DNA of 26,196 nucleotides from a virus. Taxonomy: Duplodnaviria > Heunggongvirae > Uroviricota > Caudoviricetes. Numbering within the stretch: position 1 is the first letter of the stretch; each line of letters opens with the position of its first letter. A program made the translations under genes and the position numbers. The stretch is from positions 1 to 26,196 of the IMG/VR virus record IMGVR_UViG_2874945390_000006; one strand, 5' to 3'. Positions 1 through 12,246 of this stretch are shown piece after piece. The notes beneath the pieces were generated by a model. It did not search any database. It was not told the origin of the DNA and worked only from the letters and a program-made list of their open reading frames with translations.

Positions 1-847
1 CTACGATAACCGCGCATTCAACATGGCTATCTGTTCGTCGTTCATGTCATCAATCCACATACCGTAAATTTCATACACCATTTGCGCAGTTTCATGCCCC
101 ATCTGGCTGGCTATAAATGCCGGGTTCGCTCCTGCCGTCAACAGCCAGCAGGCAAAAGTATGTCGCGTATGGTACGGATTACGGCGGCGAATACCAGCAC
201 GTTTTACTGCTGCATTCCATCTTGCACCCAAACTGCTTACCGAGTAATAAGGTTTCTGTTTTTCGTTACACACCCTGGGCATGAAAACAAAATGCAGTTT
301 TTGCTTTTCAGTTCTGCCGTACTCCCGATGATAAAAAGTGATTTCGCTTTTGCGATGATGCCCGGTCAGTTTGTATTGCACCTTCAGTGCTTCAAGAGCC
401 GGCTGCAGTAATGTTACCGTCCGGATCCCGGCATTTGTTTTTGGGGGACCGAACATATCAAGTATCGTCAGGTTTCTTCTGACATTCACAATTCCCTTCT
501 CGAAATCCACATCCTCCCACGCCAGAGCTGCCAGTTCCCCGTGACGAAGCCCGGAGTAAACGGCAAATTTCCACAAGTTTTGGCTCTGTCCTTTTTCACT
601 TTCCATTAATGCATTGAATTCTGTTTTAGATAACGGGTCAGGCTTTATTCTGTTTCGCTGTAATTTTTTTACTCCTTCAAATGGTTTGGTTGATATAAAT
701 CCCGACTGATACGCAAAACGTAACAACGAACAGAGCAGGGCGATATAGTTATCAACTGTGCGCACGGTTCTTCCTTTTTTGTTGGATCTTGGATTATCTA
801 GGTAAAGCGTTTCTCCATGCAGCAGTTCATTCCGGTAGTTTAAGATA
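1..847 (-). pseudogene. Phage tyrosine integrase (site-specific recombinase), C-terminal catalytic part present, 5' end cut by the IS911 left end
   Basis: Minus-strand ORF ending at stop codon 1-3; contains box I Arg (VYSGLRHGELAALAWEDVDF) and C-terminal HTRHTFACWLL...Y motifs of tyrosine recombinases. Reading frame runs into the IS911 inverted repeat at 848; the track's start at 873 is a GTG inside the IS. Only about 100 residues precede box I, so the N-terminal arm-binding region looks absent. Confidence 0.7.
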
Positions 848-919
848 TGAAGTGGCACACTGAATTTGGCCACCTGAACAGAGGTGATATGCTCACCTCA
901 GAACAACACAGGTGCTCCA

Positions 920-2088
<1,169 letters not shown>

Positions 2089-2103
2089 CCACTTCAATCT
2101 GAC

Positions 2104-2181
2104 AACTGCCGAATCGTGACCCGACCGTCCTGATGCACGAGTTCCACAATTCGCGTCTTCAGTTCTTCCCGCTGTTCGGGA
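2104..2181 (-). pseudogene. 5' fragment (26 codons) of an unidentified phage gene downstream of the dnaC-like gene, cut by the IS911 right end
   Basis: Reverse complement reads GGAGGA-N5-ATG GCG AAA CCT TTT ACT CCC GAA CAG CGG GAA GAA CTG AAG... (MAKPFTPEQREELKTRIVELVHQDGRVTIRQLSD) and then runs straight into IS911 at 2103. Confidence 0.35.
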
Positions 2182-2212
2182 GTAAAAGGTTTCGCCATAA
2201 ATCCTCCTGAAA

Positions 2213-2959
2213 CTACTTAACAACCCTCGAATGGCTAACATTCGGACGCCAGCTCTCCCAGTTAAAATTCACCCAGCGCCCGCCGTTCATGACCATGCGA
2301 TCCATCACCCGCTCGCCGAGAAGTGTATTCATCGCTGCATGGTTAATATTTGTCAGCATCCCCACACCGCGTAACGATGCCGTCCGGCGATCAACAATCT
2401 GGTTCAGTACCACCTGCTCGTTTTTCGTATCCCGCTGCATGCCAATTTCATCCAGGACCAGCAGGTCAACACCACAAAGCTCCTGTAAAAATTTTTCACC
2501 GGATTTGCCGTTGTCGTAGCTCTCATGCAACACGCTCATGACATCGGACACGGTGACGATAATCACGCTACGCCCCTTCGCCATCAGCCGGTTGCCAATC
2601 GCGGCTGCAAGATGATTTTTTCCGGTGCCGGGCTTACCGCTGAACACAAAATTCGTACAGCCTGTCATCAGTTCGTCAGCTATGGATTTCGCCTGACTCA
2701 GTGCATGTCGCTGACCGTCGTTCTGCGCCCGGTAATTCGCAAACGAACACTTCCGGTGCAACGGCTGGATGCCGGAGCGGTTCAGGATTTTTTCCACCCG
2801 CAACTGACGATTCAGGCGGTTGATCTCCTCGCAACGTTTCTGGCCTTCAGCAAGTTGCCACTCGCGCCACTCCGCAACCGTTCTGAATGGGGCGGTTACA
2901 TGTGGTGGGGTCAGTCTGCGGATACGCTCCAGAACGCCTCCTGTCGCAATATTTTTCAT
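2213..2959 (-). CDS. DnaC-like replicative helicase loader (phage replication protein, AAA+ ATPase)
   Basis: 248 aa with Walker A FSGKPGTGKNHLAAAIG, Walker B DLLVLDEIG and the DnaC-like tail LGERVMDRM...FNWESWR; start overlaps the stop of the upstream initiator gene. Confidence 0.85.
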   Translation of the reverse strand: MKNIATGGVLERIRRLTPPHVTAPFRTVAEWREWQLAEGQKRCEEINRLNRQLRVEKILNRSGIQPLHRKCSFANYRAQNDGQRHALSQAKSIADELMTGCTNFVFSGKPGTGKNHLAAAIGNRLMAKGRSVIIVTVSDVMSVLHESYDNGKSGEKFLQELCGVDLLVLDEIGMQRDTKNEQVVLNQIVDRRTASLRGVGMLTNINHAAMNTLLGERVMDRMVMNGGRWVNFNWESWRPNVSHSRVVK

Positions 2960-2965
2960 GGTCTG

Positions 2966-4165
2966 TTACCCCCTGAAGCCTGGCGGGATCGCACTGTCCG
3001 GCAACGAGACGGTGTTAACCTGTCGGAGCAACGTCTCAGGCCGAACACCTTTCGGCGCGAACAGACCCTGGTATTCATTGGCGATGCTGTGTCGAATCAC
3101 CTGCTCAGGTGTAAAACCCTGCTGACGGAATTTTTCCAGTTCCCGTATCGCCCCGTTAGCGCCCTGCTCCGTTCGAATTGGTTTTCGCAATGCCTGCCTG
3201 AACTGGACCCACTCATGCCAGAGTGTTTCTGGCAACCAGTCGGGCAGATCAACTGACAACGGGTCAAATTTTTTCTGGCGAACAGCCCCACCGATAACCA
3301 GAATTCCCTGCTCGGTGTGCCTTGCGATATCACTGCGCCGCAAGACACATATCCCGGTTTCAACAGCACCGATTTTGAGCAGTGATTTCTGTCGCGGAGA
3401 ATTTCGGTCAAGCTCGATCCCACACCGGACACCGTTCCTGTCAGTCACGACGATATCAATCCGCCCTCCGCAACCGTCACCACGCTCTGGCACCGGATAC
3501 TCACGACAGACATCCAGGCCAGCAGCCTGCAACGCAACCACCGCAGAATTACAAAATTCCGCTGCAGTACCGCCAGATAATCTCCCCTCAAGCACTCCAG
3601 CCACAAAATCCCGAAACTCCCTTCCGGAAGGGAAGGGTTTGGGATGGGTTAGATCTGTTTTTAGAGCTTTATCTGTATCTTTATTAGTTGCCTTTGTGTT
3701 GGCATCATGTTCGAACACCACTCCAACATCTGTTTGAACACCTGTTAAATTTCTCTCTTGTTTTGTTTGAACATCTGCTTCCTTTCTGCTTCTTCTGGCC
3801 TGAACAGATGCTTTTCCTGCGGCTGATTTTTTGGTTAATTTTTCTCTGACAGATGCCAGATCTTCCTCAATCCGAAGATGCATCCATTCGTCGCCGTTAT
3901 CACAAAAAAACTCCCGCAAGGATGGTTCAACATCAACCCATCGCTCGTTAGTCAGACGGGCAATTTTTGCCAACCTGTTTTTGGGTATTGGCTTTCCTGT
4001 TTGCCAGTAATTGAACATCAGCAACAAATACGCGCCGTGCTCCTCTGCTGACAAATGCATGGTGTCAGCCAGGTAATCAGCTATGTACAGTTGCATGTAT
4101 GGTAATGCGGCCATAATTGCCCCGTATGATGCTGCCCGGTTGCTTAGAATAAGCACAAACAGCAT
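2966..4165 (-). CDS. Phage replication initiation protein, YdaU/DUF1376-like N-terminus with additional central and C-terminal domains
   Basis: N-terminal region MAALPYMQLYIADYLADTMHLSAEEHGAYLLLMFNYW resembles DUF1376; sits immediately upstream of and translationally coupled to the DnaC-like gene. True start may be the internal ATG at 4114. Central segment GRIDIVVTDRNGVRCGIELD is of unknown function. Confidence 0.55.
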   Translation of the reverse strand: MLFVLILSNRAASYGAIMAALPYMQLYIADYLADTMHLSAEEHGAYLLLMFNYWQTGKPIPKNRLAKIARLTNERWVDVEPSLREFFCDNGDEWMHLRIEEDLASVREKLTKKSAAGKASVQARRSRKEADVQTKQERNLTGVQTDVGVVFEHDANTKATNKDTDKALKTDLTHPKPFPSGREFRDFVAGVLEGRLSGGTAAEFCNSAVVALQAAGLDVCREYPVPERGDGCGGRIDIVVTDRNGVRCGIELDRNSPRQKSLLKIGAVETGICVLRRSDIARHTEQGILVIGGAVRQKKFDPLSVDLPDWLPETLWHEWVQFRQALRKPIRTEQGANGAIRELEKFRQQGFTPEQVIRHSIANEYQGLFAPKGVRPETLLRQVNTVSLPDSAIPPGFRG

Positions 4166-4273
4166 GGAAACTTTTGCTTAATGAACAATGACAGAATCGT
4201 CGGAAGACCTGAGGTAGCCTGAGTTTAACGGACACTCCTTCCTGAAATAGAATGGCATCAGAAGGAGCTAATA

Positions 4274-4576
4274 ATGAGCAGAAAAACCCAACGTTACTCT
4301 AAAGAGTTCAAAGCCGAAGCTGTCAGAACGGTTCTTGAAAATCAACTTTCGATCAGTGAAGGCGCTTCCCGATTATCCCTTCCTGAAGGCACTTTAGGAC
4401 AATGGGTTACCGCCGCCAGAAAAGGGCTCGGTACTCCTGGTTCCCGCACGGTGGCTGAACTGGAATCTGAAATTCTGCAACTGCGTAAGGCGTTAAATGA
4501 AGCTCGCCTTGAGCGAGATATATTAAAAAAAGCAACAGCGTATTTTGCACAGGAGTCGCTGAAAAATACGCGTTAA
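4274..4576 (+). CDS. IS600 OrfA
   Basis: 100-aa HTH protein; A7 run at 4525-4531 is the likely -1 frameshift site into orfB. Confidence 0.85.
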   Translation: MSRKTQRYSKEFKAEAVRTVLENQLSISEGASRLSLPEGTLGQWVTAARKGLGTPGSRTVAELESEILQLRKALNEARLERDILKKATAYFAQESLKNTR

Positions 4577-4611
4577 TCGAACAATGGCGACAACAATTTC
4601 CCATTGAAGCG

Positions 4612-5430
4612 ATGTGTCAGGTATTTGGTGTATCCAGGAGCGGTTATTACAACTGGGTACAGCATGAACCCTCAGACAGAAAACAAAGTGATGAGCGGCT
4701 AAAACTGGAGATTAAGGTGGCACATATCTGCACTCGCGAAACATATGGAACCCGGCGGCTCCAGACGGAGCTGGCAGAGAATGGCATCATCGTTGGTCGT
4801 GACCGACTGGCACGTCTTCGTAAGGAGCTAAGGCTACGCTGTAAGCAGAAACGCAAGTTCAGAGCGACTACGAACCCGAACCACAATCTGCCAGTTGCGC
4901 CAAATCTGCTGAACCAGACGTTCGCTCCTACAGAACCAAATCAGGTCTGGGTGGCGGACCTGACGTATGTTGCCACACAGGAGGGATGGTTGTACCTCGC
5001 TGGCATCAAAGATGTTTATACGTGCGAAATTGTCGGCTACGCCATGGGAGAGCGCATGACAAAAGAGCTGACAGGTAAAGCCCTGTTTATGGCGCTCAGG
5101 AGCCAGCGCCCACCTGCCGGGCTAATCCACCACTCTGATCGAGGTTCACAGTACTGCGCATACGATTACCGGGTCATACAGGAGCAGTTTGGTCTGAAAA
5201 CATCAATGTCGCGTAAAGGTAACTGTTACGACAACACTCCGATGGAAAGCTTCTGGGGAACGCTGAAAAATGAGAGCCTGAGCCACTATCGTTTTAATAA
5301 CCGGGATGAAGCCATCTCAGTAATACGGGAATACATTGAGATTTTCTACAATCGTCAGCGTCGTCACTCTCGTCTGGGGAATATCTCCCCGGCAGCCTTC
5401 AGGGAAAAATATCATCAGATGGCTGCTTAA
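4612..5430 (+). CDS. IS600 OrfB (DDE transposase catalytic part)
   Basis: 272-aa ORF in the -1 frame; that frame is open back to the A7 run, consistent with an OrfAB fusion. Confidence 0.85.
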   Translation: MCQVFGVSRSGYYNWVQHEPSDRKQSDERLKLEIKVAHICTRETYGTRRLQTELAENGIIVGRDRLARLRKELRLRCKQKRKFRATTNPNHNLPVAPNLLNQTFAPTEPNQVWVADLTYVATQEGWLYLAGIKDVYTCEIVGYAMGERMTKELTGKALFMALRSQRPPAGLIHHSDRGSQYCAYDYRVIQEQFGLKTSMSRKGNCYDNTPMESFWGTLKNESLSHYRFNNRDEAISVIREYIEIFYNRQRRHSRLGNISPAAFREKYHQMAA

Positions 5431-5473
5431 AAAAAGAACAAATGGTAGTGTCCGCTATTGCCAGTACACCTCA

Positions 5474-6762
5474 CTCTGGCCTGCTCGCTTTGTCTCTTCA
5501 ACAAAGAAATGGTTATCGGTTTCGGCTCCCGTAAAGAGGAATACGTCGACAGCACCGGTGACCCGAAAGCATTGTTCTGGAAGGCGCGCAAGTTCGTGGA
5601 AACACTACCTGTAGAGTTTCGCGGTTCGTGGAGCGAGAAGAAGCATGCGCCATATATGCGTGTTGAGTTTCCTGAAACTGGCGCGGTTATCAAAGGTGAG
5701 GCTGGCGATAATATCGGTCGTGGTGACCGTACGACCCTTTATTTTGTGGATGAGGCTGCTTTTCTCCAGCGACCATTACTTATTGATGCCGCGCTTTCTC
5801 AGACAACCCGACGTCGTATCGATCTCTCATCGGTTAACGGCATGAACAACCCCTTCGCACAGAAGCGGCACAGTGGAAAAATCCCGGTGTTTACGTTTCA
5901 CTGGCGTAGCGATCCGCGTAAAGACGATGAGTGGTATCACAAGGAGTGCGAGAAAATTGATAACCCAGTCATCGTTGCCCAGGAACTGGATCTTAATTAC
6001 CAGGCATCAGCAGAAGGCATCCTGATCCCCTCAGAATGGGTACAGGCTGCGGTTGATGCACATATCAGACTGGGCATTCAGCCCGGCGGGCAACGGCTTG
6101 GTGCAATGGATGTCGCCGACGAAGGGCGGGATAAAAACGCCTGTTCGCTCCGTTATGGCATCCTGCTGAATGACGTACAGGAGTGGTCAGGTAAGGGGAG
6201 TGACATCTATGACTCTGTGGTTAAGGTTTTTGGTCTGTGCGATGACTTTGGTGCCGATGAGTTTCGCTTTGATGAGGACGGATTGGGTGCTGGCGTTCGT
6301 GGTGATGCGCGCGCTATCAACGAACTGCGTGAAGCGGAGGGCATCTGTCAAATCACCGCCACTCCATTCCGGGGCAGCGGGAGCGTGTTTCATCCTGAAA
6401 ATGAAGCTGTTCCCGGTGATAATGGTAAACCGGCTCGTCTGAATAAGGACTTTTTTGTCAATGCCAAAGCCCAGGGGTGGTGGCATCTTCGCAAATTATT
6501 CCGCAATACATTTCGTGCACTACAGGGTATGGAGTATGACCCGGATGAGATTATTTCCATCAGCAGCACAATGGAAAATAAAGACCGGCTGTTGATGGAG
6601 CTGTCACAACCTACCTGGTCAAAAAATGCCACCGGAAAAATTCTTGTGGATAAGCAACCTGACGGAACGAAATCTCCAAACCTGGCTGATTCTGTGATGA
6701 TTGCTTATGCCCCGATGGAAATGCCCATCGTAATTTCTGATGACTTTATGGAGTGGATCTGA
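5474..6762 (+). pseudogene. Terminase large subunit, 5'-truncated (ATPase Walker A region missing) at the IS600 copy 1 right end
   Basis: Frame is open from the IS boundary; Walker B-like [10 protein letters not shown] is present but no Walker A GxxxxGK[ST] precedes it. Position immediately upstream of the portal gene with a TGATG stop/start overlap. Confidence 0.7.
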
Positions 6763-8303
6763 TGTGGCCGTTTAAACGAAAAGAACCGTCAGCGCCGGCG
6801 GTACCGGACAAACAACCTGAACCACAGCCACCGGAAATTAACGATGAGGTGATCGCTTCCGTCCGGCAGAAACCACGGAGGGAGTTTGTTCGCTATGAGC
6901 CACCACCGGGCGTTATCCCGGCACCGGTTCGCGATGCTGTGCTGGCAATGGATGCAATACCGTATGACACCCTGAACAGTCATTATCCTGATTTTGTTTA
7001 TGGTGGTTTCCCGGGCTATCCGTATCTGGCACTTCAGGCGCAGTTACCGGAGTACCGGCGTATGGTCAGTGTGCTTGCCGAGGAGATGACCCGTAAGTGG
7101 ATAAAGGTTAAGGCGGTCGGAGAAGGGGACGACAGCCACGCGTCACGCATAGCGCAGCTTACTGACGCACTGGAGCACTATAACGTACAGGACGTTTTCA
7201 GACTGGCGATTGAGCACGACGGCTTTTTCGGGCGAGGGCAGATTTATATTGATGTGCGTTCGCCATCGGGTATATCTGCCTGGACTGACCCGGCGGAGCT
7301 GGGATCCGGACTGTTTATTTCCGACAAAAAAATCCCGAAAGGTTCCCTGCTGGGGCTTCGTGTTATTGAACCCGTCTGGACGTATCCGGGTATATATAAC
7401 GCGGATAATCTGCTGAGTGATGATTTTTACCGTCCGTCCGAATGGTACGTAATGGGAAAAACGGTTCACGCCAGCCGCATGATTGATCTGATCTCCCGTC
7501 CGGTTCCGGACATGCTGAAGCCGGCCTACAACTTTGGCGGCCTGTCACTGGTTCAGATTGCTGAGCCTTATGTTGATAACTGGCTGCGAACACGCGACAG
7601 CGTGGGCGATATGCTGCATTCGTTTTCGCTGAGCGGGATTAAGACGGATATGACACAGGTATTAAGTGGTAAAAGGGACCCGAATTACGCAAAACGCGCG
7701 GAGTTGTTTAACCGTACCCGTGATAACCGCGGGCTGCTGATGCTGGACAAGACGAACGAAGAGTTTTTCCAGTTCAACACTCCCCTGAGCGGCCTCGACA
7801 CCCTTCAGGCGCAGGCACAGGAACACATGTTCTTTGTCAGTGCCATACCGTCCGTAAAATTCGCCGGGCTGAGCCCAACGGGACTGAATGCGTCGAGTGA
7901 GGGTGAAATCCGGGTGTTTTACGACACCATTGCTGCACTTGCCACCCGTCTTCTGAAGAAACCGCTGAAAAAGGTGCTGGATATTATCCAGTTGTCTGAG
8001 TTCGGCGATATCGATCCTGATATCACGTTTGAATTTGAACCCCTGCATGAGCTGACGCGCGAGCAACTGGCGAATATCCGTAAAACTGAGGCGGAAACGG
8101 ATCAGATTTATGAGAGCACCGGAGCAGTGACCAATAACGAAGTACGCGAACGGCTGGCGACTGCGCAGGACAGCCCGTACAGCGGTATTGACCTGAGCGG
8201 GGACATCGAAATTGACGACACTGAAATTGACAACACCGAAGAAAATCCGCCGCAAGGCCCGAATGCAGACCCTGAGGCGGATTTCACCCAACGCGGGGAT
8301 TGA
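6762..8303 (+). CDS. Phage portal protein
   Basis: About 513 aa, directly after the terminase (ATG 6762 overlaps terminase TGA 6760-6762, RBS GGAGTGG upstream), with the acidic C-terminal tail typical of portals ([14 protein letters not shown]...). Assigned by position, size and composition. Confidence 0.6.
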   Translation: MWPFKRKEPSAPAVPDKQPEPQPPEINDEVIASVRQKPRREFVRYEPPPGVIPAPVRDAVLAMDAIPYDTLNSHYPDFVYGGFPGYPYLALQAQLPEYRRMVSVLAEEMTRKWIKVKAVGEGDDSHASRIAQLTDALEHYNVQDVFRLAIEHDGFFGRGQIYIDVRSPSGISAWTDPAELGSGLFISDKKIPKGSLLGLRVIEPVWTYPGIYNADNLLSDDFYRPSEWYVMGKTVHASRMIDLISRPVPDMLKPAYNFGGLSLVQIAEPYVDNWLRTRDSVGDMLHSFSLSGIKTDMTQVLSGKRDPNYAKRAELFNRTRDNRGLLMLDKTNEEFFQFNTPLSGLDTLQAQAQEHMFFVSAIPSVKFAGLSPTGLNASSEGEIRVFYDTIAALATRLLKKPLKKVLDIIQLSEFGDIDPDITFEFEPLHELTREQLANIRKTEAETDQIYESTGAVTNNEVRERLATAQDSPYSGIDLSGDIEIDDTEIDNTEENPPQGPNADPEADFTQRGD

Positions 8304-8421
8304 GGCCTGGTACCGCAGACAACTGGATAATGCCGTCAGTGGGATGCACAACAGTGTACTTTACTGGCTGCGGGCTGAGTACCGTAAAACAGACCTCGCG
8401 CAGGATGCGTCCCCGTTAACC
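8212..8421 (+). CDS. Small ORF overlapping the portal 3' end; possibly the displaced N-terminal part of the head morphogenesis gene
   Basis: 70-codon ORF ending in TGA that overlaps the ATG of the next ORF (ATGA); different frame from 8424-9032. Confidence 0.3.
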
Positions 8422-8423
8422 TG

Positions 8424-9032
8424 ATGCGTGGTGCCATGCAGCAACTTGCCCGGCGCTGGCAGAAAAATTTTGACGAAATGGCCCTGCGGCTGGCGAGGCG
8501 GTTTGCCGGTGATGTCCTGAAAAACAGCGATGCGTCACTGTACACTGCGCTCCGTGATGCCGGGTTTACGGTTCCTTTCCGTATGACAACGGAGATGAAT
8601 ACCGCACTTCAGGCCAGCATCACGGAGAATGTGAACCTCATTCGCTCCATCCCGCAGCAACATCTCCCCCAGGTGGAAACACTGGTCATGCAGTCTGTTG
8701 GCCGGGGACGTGACCTGAAAACGCTGACCGATGAACTGGAAAAACGTTACGGCATCACACGACGGCGCGCGGCGCTGATTGCCCGCGACCAGAACAATAA
8801 GGCAACGTCGGTAATGCAGGCCGCCAGACAGCGTTCGGTGGGTATCACTGAAGGTGTCTGGAGGCATTCCCGCGCGGGTAAAACATGGCGTCCGTCGCAT
8901 GTGAAGGCGAACGGTAAACGGTTTGACCTGCGAAAGGGGATGTTTCTGGATGGTAAGTGGGTACTGCCGGGCGAAGAAATCAACTGCCGGTGTGGCTGGG
9001 AGGCCGTTATTCCCGGACTGGAGAAAAAATGA
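8424..9032 (+). CDS. Phage head morphogenesis protein (Mu F / SPP1 gp7-like minor head protein)
   Basis: 202 aa; C-terminal region ...[24 protein letters not shown]...[31 protein letters not shown] resembles the Mu F domain; located after the portal gene. Confidence 0.65.
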   Translation: MRGAMQQLARRWQKNFDEMALRLARRFAGDVLKNSDASLYTALRDAGFTVPFRMTTEMNTALQASITENVNLIRSIPQQHLPQVETLVMQSVGRGRDLKTLTDELEKRYGITRRRAALIARDQNNKATSVMQAARQRSVGITEGVWRHSRAGKTWRPSHVKANGKRFDLRKGMFLDGKWVLPGEEINCRCGWEAVIPGLEKK

Positions 9033-10378
9033 TTATTACCGAAATGCTGGCGTTTGACCGGGCATCGGTAAGGCAGTTCGATAAAGTCGGTCGCCTCCAG
9101 ATTGAGCGCAGTAATCTCAGCAAGGCGAACGTCTGCGGTTATTTCGGGTATGAAATACCGGGGGCGGAAGCGCTGGGACTCGACCCCAAAAAACTTTATC
9201 AGCTTTACCGTGACCCCGATGAACTGCGCAAGGCAGTTTCAACCTTCAACAATATTCCCGTCCTGTGCCGACACAAACCCGATTATCCGGGCGCGCCCGC
9301 GCGCGAGTACCGGGTGGGGACGACTCATGCCAACAGCGAGTTTGACGGTACCTATCTGGTTAACGGCATGTCCATCTGGGACAACTCCGCCATCGCGGGG
9401 ATAGAAACGGATGAACAACGGAAAATCTCATCGTCATATGCCTATGTGGCAGATATGACGCCGGGAACCACCCCCGACGGTGAGCCGTATGACGGCGTTA
9501 TGCGGAATATCGTGGGAAATCATGTGGCCCTGGTCGGCGATGGCCGGGTAGGGTCGGACTGTCTTGTTATGGACTCTCTCCCTCAGGAGCTAAAACGCAT
9601 GAAACTGAGTAAAAAAGAAGTGGCGGTGCTTATCGCGCTGGGAACCTATCTTGCGCCGCGTCTGGCGCAGGATGCGGCTCCCGGGGATTTGTTACGCCTG
9701 ATGGCGCAGTATAAGCGTCCGGCAGCTATCGCCAGCGCGGTAAAAACTGCTTACAGCGAACGGCTGGCACAGGATATGGATATTGAACCGGCGGAGCTGG
9801 CGCAACTGATGGAATCAGCAGAAGCCGTACCGGAGCTGGTCGGGGATGATGATACCGGGTTAACTGACGAGTCGAAGGCATTTGATACCGACAGCCCGAT
9901 GGAAAGTGTACTGGCGTTGCTGTCCGGCAAAGTTCCTGATGATGTGCTGGAAAAAATTAAATCCGCACTGTCTCCGACAACCGACGAAGCCCCCGAAACA
10001 AAAGAGGCTGATGTGAAACCCGACGATGTGAAAGTCGATAAACCTGCGATGGATGCAGCAATCAGGCTGGCAACTGACCAGGCAACGAAACGGGCTGCTG
10101 AAAATTTCCGCGCCGTCCGTGTGGCTGAAGCTGAAGTGCGACCGCTGATTGGCGATGTGGTGGCGATGGACTGCGCCGAAGATGTTTACCGTACCGCGCT
10201 GGAACAGACGGGGATCGATATTCAGGGTATTCACCCCGGTGCGTACCGCAGCATGGTGAAGTTTGCCGTTGAGCAGAAGCAGACGGCCAAATCCTCTCCC
10301 CGTGTGGCGATGGATCAGGCCAGCGCATCGACGTTTGCGGCAGATTTCCCCGGTGCAAAACTGAAACGAGGTTACTGA
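9029..10378 (+). CDS. Putative prohead scaffold/protease protein (DUF2213-like N-terminus, acidic helical C-terminus)
   Basis: Likely start ATG 9029 ([23 protein letters not shown]...), overlapping the upstream stop; the track ORF starts earlier at 8957. Acidic Ala/Glu/Asp-rich C-terminal half typical of scaffolding proteins; sits between morphogenesis and capsid genes. Confidence 0.45.
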   Translation: MIITEMLAFDRASVRQFDKVGRLQIERSNLSKANVCGYFGYEIPGAEALGLDPKKLYQLYRDPDELRKAVSTFNNIPVLCRHKPDYPGAPAREYRVGTTHANSEFDGTYLVNGMSIWDNSAIAGIETDEQRKISSSYAYVADMTPGTTPDGEPYDGVMRNIVGNHVALVGDGRVGSDCLVMDSLPQELKRMKLSKKEVAVLIALGTYLAPRLAQDAAPGDLLRLMAQYKRPAAIASAVKTAYSERLAQDMDIEPAELAQLMESAEAVPELVGDDDTGLTDESKAFDTDSPMESVLALLSGKVPDDVLEKIKSALSPTTDEAPETKEADVKPDDVKVDKPAMDAAIRLATDQATKRAAENFRAVRVAEAEVRPLIGDVVAMDCAEDVYRTALEQTGIDIQGIHPGAYRSMVKFAVEQKQTAKSSPRVAMDQASASTFAADFPGAKLKRGY

Positions 10379-10379
10379 T

Positions 10380-10862
10380 ATGAATACTTTTCAGACACAC
10401 ATGAACCAGTACCCGGCACCGGGTATTCCGGGGGCGTTTGCCAGTGCTAACCCTCATGCCTCGTATGTGGCGGGAGATGGCGGGCTGATTACCGGCCCTG
10501 ACGGGCTGGTAATTGCCCGGTTTGCCTGGGTAACCAAAGGTGTTGCCGCTAATAAGGGGGCCGGCGCACCGGCGGGTTTTGTTCCTCGTGACGGGCAGGC
10601 TTCCATTGTGGAATGGCTGGCCGGGGACTCGAACACCATTTATCCGGGGCGTGAATGCACCCTGATGGTGTCGGGGGATTTCTGGGCGCTGACCACCACT
10701 ACTGCGACGATCGGGCAGAAAGTATTTGCCTCACTGGCCACCGGGGAGATAGCCACGGGGGCGGCTGGCACCTCGATGGCGGGGTTTGTCGAAACCTGGT
10801 TTTCCGTTGCCAGCGCTGCGGCGGCAAAAGAAGTCATTAAGATCAGTACCTGGAGCAAATAA
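10380..10862 (+). CDS. Putative capsid decoration / small head structural protein
   Basis: 160-aa Gly/Ala-rich protein immediately upstream of the major capsid gene, 2 bp after the preceding stop. Confidence 0.4.
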   Translation: MNTFQTHMNQYPAPGIPGAFASANPHASYVAGDGGLITGPDGLVIARFAWVTKGVAANKGAGAPAGFVPRDGQASIVEWLAGDSNTIYPGRECTLMVSGDFWALTTTTATIGQKVFASLATGEIATGAAGTSMAGFVETWFSVASAAAAKEVIKISTWSK

Positions 10863-11890
10863 TGAATAAATTTAAACAGCATTATGCGACGGCAAGTCGC
10901 GACTACGGGATTATTCTTCCCGGAGCACAGGCTTATTTGCCGAAGGAGTACGCTGCCGATTACGGACTGGCGATGGACGCGCAGCCTGCGCTGGTCACAG
11001 CGGCTAACAGCGGTATCCCTGCGTATTTCACCAATTACGTTGAGCCAGAACTGATCCGCGTGCTGGTGACGCCGATGAAAGCCGCTCAGATTCTGGGCGA
11101 AACCAAAAAAGGTGACTGGACGACACTGTCGGCACAATTCCCGATTGCAGAATCTGACGGGGAGGTGAGTTCCTACGGGGATTACAGCAACAACGGGGTG
11201 GTAAGCGCAAACGTCAACTGGGTACCGCGCCAGAGCTATCACTTCCAGACCTTCACCGTATGGGGCGAACGTGAGCTGGAGATGTACGGCGCAGCCCGTA
11301 TTGGCTGGGCGGCAGAGCTGAACGTGGCGTCAGCACTGACGCTGAATAAGTTCCAGAATAAGTCCTATTTCTACGGTATTGCCGGACTGACGAACTACGG
11401 TTTGCTGAATGATCCGTCGTTATCTGCACCAATCACCCCGGATACCGTTGACGGTAAACTGAAGTGGGACGACAAGGACGGACAGGGCGTGTATGACGAT
11501 ATCGTGAAACTCTTTGAGCAACTGGTGAAACAGACTAACGGTCATATTGAGCGTACCGACAAAATGAAACTGTGCATGTCGCCGCTGGCAGAGGTGAACC
11601 TCACCAAAACAAACCAGTACAGGGTTAACGTGTCCGATCTGCTGGCGAAAAATTTCCCGGCGATGACCATTGAAACGGCGGTGGAATACACCTCTGACGC
11701 TGGCGAGCTGGTACAGCTTATCGCGGAGCGTCTGGGTGAACAGGATACAGGCTATTGCGCTTTCACTGAAAAAATGCGCGCCCATGCGGTAGTGGCAGAT
11801 ACGTCTTCCTGGAAACAGAAAAAATCCGCTGGTACCTGGGGGGCGATTATTCGCCAGCCGCTGGCGTATGCACAAATGCTGGGGGTGTGA
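10862..11890 (+). CDS. Major capsid protein
   Basis: 342-aa ORF in the canonical position after scaffold and decoration genes; ATG overlaps the upstream stop (TAATG). Confidence 0.6.
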   Translation: MNKFKQHYATASRDYGIILPGAQAYLPKEYAADYGLAMDAQPALVTAANSGIPAYFTNYVEPELIRVLVTPMKAAQILGETKKGDWTTLSAQFPIAESDGEVSSYGDYSNNGVVSANVNWVPRQSYHFQTFTVWGERELEMYGAARIGWAAELNVASALTLNKFQNKSYFYGIAGLTNYGLLNDPSLSAPITPDTVDGKLKWDDKDGQGVYDDIVKLFEQLVKQTNGHIERTDKMKLCMSPLAEVNLTKTNQYRVNVSDLLAKNFPAMTIETAVEYTSDAGELVQLIAERLGEQDTGYCAFTEKMRAHAVVADTSSWKQKKSAGTWGAIIRQPLAYAQMLGV

Positions 11891-11893
11891 GTT

Positions 11894-12241
11894 ATGGCTG
11901 AAATGGTAACAGTGGGCTGTAAACTGCCGAACGGTCTGGTGCTGGAAGTGGGTCAGAAACGGGTTCAGGTGGCAGGCTGGCGGAATAACGCGGTTAAAAT
12001 TGTGGGGGGCTATGGTCTGACGCAGGTCGATAAGGTGTTTTTTGACGCCTGGCTGGCGGAGCACGGACAGCAACCTTATGTGAAAAATGGCGTTATTTTT
12101 GCGCAGGATAAGGCGAACAGTGCAGTCTCGCAGGCTACGGAGCAGAAAGCCGTTAAATCCGGCCTTGAACCGCTGCCGCAGAAAAATCCGGCTCCGGGCG
12201 TTAACCGCAATGATGAAGTGATGGGTAAACCTCAGGAGTAA
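11894..12241 (+). CDS. Hypothetical small head-associated protein
   Basis: 115-aa ORF tightly packed between the capsid and connector genes; no recognisable motif. Confidence 0.4.
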   Translation: MAEMVTVGCKLPNGLVLEVGQKRVQVAGWRNNAVKIVGGYGLTQVDKVFFDAWLAEHGQQPYVKNGVIFAQDKANSAVSQATEQKAVKSGLEPLPQKNPAPGVNRNDEVMGKPQE

Positions 12242-12246
12242 ACGCT

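Larger units (their letters stand above)
4210..5473 (+). mobile_element. IS600 (IS3 family), copy 1, 1264 bp
   Basis: Ends TGAGGTAGCCTGAGTTTAACGGACAC ... CCAGTACACCTCA; OrfA MSRKTQRYSKEFKAEAVRTVLENQ... and a -1 frame OrfB. Flanking triplets ACC and CTC differ, so no target-site duplication. Confidence 0.85.

Noticed and set aside
5458-5475. Track start codons lying inside IS terminal repeats (5458 for terminase, 17995 for the tape measure 3' part, 20456 for IS66 tnpA, 873 for integrase)
   Set aside because: These starts fall within IS inverted repeats and are fortuitous; the native reading frames begin or end at the IS boundaries.
7662-8351. Long antisense ORFs inside structural genes (for example 7662-8351, 10640-11242, 11420-12073, 14349-14891 and 24597-25229 on the minus strand; 2525-3256 on the plus strand)
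   Set aside because: They lie wholly within confidently assigned genes on the opposite strand, lack start-site context, and have low-complexity Arg/Cys/Ser-rich translations typical of shadow ORFs in GC-rich coding DNA.
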